From Botryllus schlosseri (taxonomy: Eukaryota): a stretch of DNA of 64,000 nucleotides. The translations under genes and the position numbers were made by a program. Below the pieces are notes generated by a model. That model worked only from the letters and a program-made list of their open reading frames with translations. It searched no databases and had not been told where the DNA came from. Within the stretch, counting starts at the first letter, position 1. Each line of letters starts with the position of its first letter. Below are positions 59,198 to 64,000 of the stretch, piece by piece. The stretch spans positions 13,330,001 to 13,394,000 of the forward strand of contig CM119379.1 of assembly GCA_051294905.1 (NCBI GenBank), read 5' to 3'.

Positions 59198-60109
59198 TGG
59201 GGCTAGCCACAATGATTCGAGTACTCGAATCTGAATCGAGTAATAACTTTAATGATTCGAGTCGAGTAGTAAAATACTATTTTTCGAGTACTGTAATTAT
59301 ACTGAAAGTTGATTTGCTAACGAGAATTATACCGTAGTTTTGATACTATTTTCCACTGAGTAAGCCTTGAAACCTTGATTGGCCGTGTCGCAACATACGA
59401 GATATAGCACAAAGCTACGAACGTTGCTGGAAATAACACATTACCGAAGTCAGGACCATCTCATGGCCATAACAGTCAAGCAGTGCAATGAAAATGGTAT
59501 GGTCGAAAAAAACAAAGTATCTTTAATGTGACGGACAATAGGCGTTATGTTTTTTATGGTGGCATACCAGTATGGAATCGGTGTCCAAGGCACGCAGGAT
59601 CACGCCGACTTGGTCGCCAGTTGCACGCGGTCACGCCGTCACGGGTCGTTGATTTCATTAAAAAAAAAAAAATCGAAAAAAAATCAAATGTTCTCAGCCA
59701 CCCCAAATGCTATATTACAGTTATTATGTGGTATATAATATTTTGACCTAATCATAAAGCCAGGATCTGTTGATTACTGTCTGTTGGTAAAGTACTTGCA
59801 CCTTACCAGTTGCTAACCTTTAGCATCTGATCTCCTGTCACTGGCGTAACACAGTCATTTGAAGTCAGTAAACTTGCTTGTCACGCCGCAAAGTTGACTC
59901 TGTAACGCGATAAAAGCTTCTATCACGCAGGATTTATTTCAAAAAAAGGACGGACATTCCAATCAAAAAGGTAGCCTACACACTTAAATTTTGGCATAGT
60001 ACATTGTGTTGTGATGTCATCATGATGATACTCGACTCGAATCAAAGTGTAATAACTAATAAGTGATTCAGAATCGAATCACTCAGGCACTCGATTTTGT
60101 CCAACCCTA
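59198..60109 (+). mobile_element. hAT deletion derivative, TAGGGCTGG family, with possible dimerisation-domain remnant
   Basis: Homologous to 56162-56964; TSD gtgcctag/gtgcatcg. Region 59800-59945 gives frameshifted YQLL.PLASDLLS...RRIYFK, resembling a hAT C-terminus. Confidence 0.7.
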
Positions 60110-60728
60110 GTGCATCGTAATATTTCTCATGGCGGAACGTCAGCCAGTTTTTGCGTAGCATACCACTACAAAAAGGTCGGACAAATTTGGTCTTGAATCA
60201 TTATGTCGGAAAAGAAGTCTGAAAGACCAATTGTTCTTGCCAAGTAGGCTACTTTCTATCTCGAAAGTAAGACCCAAATTGATGGAAGATAGACTTAAAC
60301 TGGAAACTGAGCAGTCAACACAATGACTTGGACTCGAGTCATAAAACCATGTCTCGAACTCGACGCTCTGCTCGATGAGTTGGACTCGGATTTGACACGG
60401 TGGTAAATTGAAAATGAATTGACTTGAATCTAGTCAAAACTATTGAAGTGGGATCGACTTGTGACTTGGTTACAACCCTGCTCACTTATGAAGACTGAAA
60501 TTGCTGAAAGTGAGACCAAATTTGTATATTTTTTGTAGTGTTAGTCAGACATGTAGGCTACATTGTACATCAACCTACTCAGTTAATTTTAGTTACTAAA
60601 ACTAAGTAGTTCTAGACTTCTAGTTGTGGATTTGAAAAAGTGAATAGTTTTTGGTTCTAGTTGCGGATATTTGAAAGTGAGTAGTTCTAGTTCTAATTGC
60701 AGATTTTGAAAAGTTGATGGTTCTAGTT

Positions 60729-61979
60729 CAGGGTCGGCCAACCCGTGGCTCGTGAGTTAATTTCCGAAATTAGTAGTATTATCAAAAATGGATTGCACAG
60801 ATTGTGAACTTGCAAGGCCAATCAAAAATTTGATTTGTCTGGCCGCAACACTCGAGATGTGATGACTGAAATATCAGTTCCGACGCATTGGTGGATCTAT
60901 GAGCCAGTCACATTTTGGTAGATCTTCGTACACTACAATAAAGCAGAATACTTGCGATAGATTTATCAAAAGTAAAAATTTTCTGCACGCTTAGCGCAAC
61001 ATCTTGTCACTCGATTTCTTGCTTTTAATATTGTTACCCCTTTGTGAAAATGAAAGAACGCCTAATGTAGCAGATTGAGTCTAACTATATATATATTCGC
61101 GACCTCCCGTTAGCACTCGCAGAAAGACCGTCGACTATGAAACCTAGGCACAAAATGATTGCCGCATGTTGGACGAAGCTTTCGATATCGATATGTCCAG
61201 GTGCTGAATAGTCCAGTCCAGGGGTCACCAACCTTTTTGCAACCAAGGGCTACTTTTGGGTACTGATTGAAGCGACGGGCTACCATTTACTCCCGCCGTT
61301 TACCCGTGTCAGACACAATTTCCGCTTTGATATGCATAGCACTGGGCAGGTATCGCATAGCGATAAGACTTCTAATATATTCTTTTAAATCAAAACATCC
61401 ATTCCCATCATCCAACCCCTCATCCTTTCAAGAAGACCGTGGATGGCATGCCGTCATATCGCCTGTATGAACACTGAACAGTACTCCGTTGGCCTATTAT
61501 ATGTCTTCGATATCTTGTTATTCTACTACATGTTGGTATATTACTAATTGTAATTGGGTATATTTGATATCATCATTTTAAGTGGTTTATATATGTATTG
61601 TCATTTCTAAGTCACATATTACAGAGTGATTTAAACAATTATAGCTAAATCACTCAATTTATATATTTAAAAGCTCACTGGTGATAATCTGACTCATATT
61701 GGCAAATGCTGCTATTCGATCTATTTTTAGAACAGGCTCGCGGGCCCCTCATCTGGTCCTCGCGGGCTACCTGGTGCCCGCGGGCACCAGGTTGGTGACC
61801 CCTGGTCCAGTCCTTGCAAACTGAGCCCAACAATATGCATCAGGCTTGCAATATAGTGGGGTGACAATATTATAAATTTATCAACTTCAAAAAATTTTCG
61901 CACTTCGCGCGGCTAGTGGCCCGCAGAATAGTTCGTCAATCAAATGTGGCGATTTGGCTGAAAAGGTTGGCCACCCCTG
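60729..61979. mobile_element. hAT MITE inserted in a TTCTAGTT-containing minisatellite
   Basis: CAGGGTCGGCCAACC...GGTTGGCCACCCCTG, perfect TSD TTCTAGTT. Confidence 0.85.
61219..61804. mobile_element. hAT MITE nested in 60729-61979
   Basis: CAGGGGTCACCAACC...GGTTGGTGACCCCTG, perfect TSD GTCCAGTC. Confidence 0.9.
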
Positions 61980-62427
61980 TTCTAGTTGCTAGTTTAAAAA
62001 ATTGAGTAGTTAAAGTTGCGCATTTTGAAATTCCAGCGCATTTTGAAATTCCAGTACACAGTACAAGTCTTGAGTGTTGTGGGTGGATAAAAAATTACCA
62101 CAGCAACATTTGTACCAAACATGCATTTGCTGCATTCACATGCATTTGCTGCATTCAAGTTTTTCAGGATGACTTCATGATTGGGAGCCAGAGGGTTCAG
62201 TACTAGCCTACATAACTGATGACACAGCCTATCCCTTTCAGCCCCGGCTCACGAAGCCTTTTCCTTGAAACACAAACAGAGCATAAGCTAAAGCTAATTT
62301 CAAATATGTAATATAAATTTCCTATCTGCTGCCCGTAAAATTCACAATTGCTTTTTCAGAAACTTAGCAAAGCACACATGAAGGTTGAAAGATTTTGGTC
62401 GACTGAAGGCGCGGTGTTCGGCTTGGC

Positions 62428-63336
62428 TCAGAAACTGCAATCCGCTAAGGCCAGAATGATACAGATGGTATACGCAATGAAGCCAAGACCTGGTGGTGAC
62501 TGGTGATCCAAATATCGCTGGCTCAGACGTCGGAAATGCCCTGTGTGAATTTCTCAATAAACAGGCTCTTGCTTAACAAGATGTGTTTGTGCTGTTTCAT
62601 TTTATTCATGAGAAAAACTATAACTTGATGCACACTTGGACAGGTCCATCTTTTTCATCAGTATCCCCCATCTAGACCTGCGAAAAAATCAGATTAAGTT
62701 ACACTTGCCTAACATTGTGTGACAAAGGAATGACTTGGTTGTAACAAGAAAATGAAGGCATATGTGAAAACCAAATTATGGCTTGGATGATGTACGATGG
62801 TTTACCAGCTAGCCCGTTCGTACAATTTCAATTTTGGTTAGTGATTCAGAGCTAACGACATCATTCTCTGATGTGCTGCCACTACTATCAAAGCAGATGT
62901 TACTAAATCCCCTTTTCAGTAGGCGTATATGATGGTGACTAACCTATGCACACTTGCACAGCATATCCGTGGTTAGAAACTTGCCTTTGATGTAACAAAT
63001 TTGGTAAGGGTTAAGATCGCCTACCAAATTAGTGTTGAAGTCTCAAAGTTTTCAGGCAACTCACCCAATGCTGCATCATTTGGAGATGGTGTTCTACCTT
63101 TTAAGCCGTGCTCTGTTTACAAAACCGCAGAAAAAATAAGCTGACTAGTAGTCAGTGACTACGTATTGTGAGCATACAGAATATAAATCCAAGAATAATG
63201 CATTCCCAACACCATTACACAAGAAGATCAAAATGCCGCAGGTAGCTGACCTCGAAATACAAGCAGCCTGAATGAACAGCGAGTTACCGTAACTAAAAGT
63301 TTGCTTGACAGCGTTCCGGGAACCCAGCTGCGCCAT
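62428..63336 (-). CDS. Possible small 4-exon gene encoding a ~97-aa protein with a C-terminal hydrophobic segment
   Basis: Hand-built phase-consistent model 63336-63288, 63112-63025, 62677-62634, 62540-62428. One donor (GTGCAT) is weak and the ATG abuts a MITE. Confidence 0.25.
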
Positions 63337-63715
63337 TCGTGTTCATACTCAGTCGGTCCCGTAAAAATCTCCGAAAATAAGCGCGTTCATACCGCCCCGA
63401 AAAACCGATGTTATGTTCACATAGAGGGGTTCCGGTAAACATATTCGAGAAATGTTATTCCCGGAACCCCGGTATGAAAAGGGCCTAATGCTCCTCCTCC
63501 TCAGTGGGCCCTACATAGTGCCCTTTGCTGTCCCCTAGTGATGGTTCAGAGATCAATATGACGCAATAATCAACCATTCGGAAAGACAGAGTAGTTCGTA
63601 CACGGTACCTAGCTACGGTACTGCTATACTATAGCCTTCCAAACATAGAAGGGTTTTCGTTTTGCCGATAATCCCCGCACTCCCTAAGATGTAATTCAAG
63701 CTTTTCTGAAATAAG

Positions 63716-64000
63716 ATGACAATTCGTGGTAAGAAGACAACAGCAAATGGACACGCTGAAGATTATCGGAATCGCAACAGACACATTTCTAAGTCAGGAG
63801 GGATCAAAGTTACCGGTATCGTCATTTTATTGCTATGCGTTACTATTGGGCTGATAGCATTTTTTGCATCTTCAAACTCCTCGGAATCGATCCACAATGC
63901 TGACTACTTATCGACAATTTCATGCCAGGAAGAATCCCCTGCGGTAGAAAATAACTATGCCTGCTCCATGTCTGATTGTACATTCGATACTTTACTTTGC
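63716..64000 (+). CDS. Type II membrane protein, 3'-partial (possibly OGFOD3-like 2OG-Fe(II) oxygenase)
   Basis: Open frame from ATG 63716 to the window end: basic N-tail, TM GIVILLLCVTIGLIAFFA, then C-x12-C-x4-C (CQEESPAVENNYACSMSDC). The spacing matches my recollection of the OGFOD3 lumenal N-terminus. The coding call is more secure than the product name. Confidence 0.55.
   Translation, partial: MTIRGKKTTANGHAEDYRNRNRHISKSGGIKVTGIVILLLCVTIGLIAFFASSNSSESIHNADYLSTISCQEESPAVENNYACSMSDCTFDTLLC

Overview
AT-rich, repeat-dense metazoan genomic DNA. Many 55-95 nt GT-AG introns suggest a compact invertebrate such as a tunicate, but this is unverified. Host genes: the last 5 coding exons of an RDH11/12-like short-chain dehydrogenase (+); RABGEF1/Rabex-5 (-) and an RNF13/RNF167-type PA-TM-RING E3 ligase (+), head-to-head and both with intronless CDS; a 15-exon F-box/LRR gene of the LRRC29/FBXL9 type (+, 21203-31900); a type II membrane protein ORF running off the right edge; and possibly a small spliced gene on the minus strand near 62.4-63.3 kb. 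The 33-62 kb interval is almost entirely nested transposons. A ~1.4 kb LINE fragment is split by a 12.5 kb hAT-like unit (8-bp TSD) that contains a 10.5 kb CCC-ended EnSpm-like element (2-bp TSD), and by an intact young Ty3/Gypsy element with identical LTRs. The most unusual feature is at that Gypsy's 5' end: a 35-nt reverse-transcribed copy of a mature (CCA-bearing) tRNA-Leu 3' end, followed by a re-copied U5 end and then the original mismatched PBS. All alignments and protein family assignments were made by eye and from memory, with no database searches.
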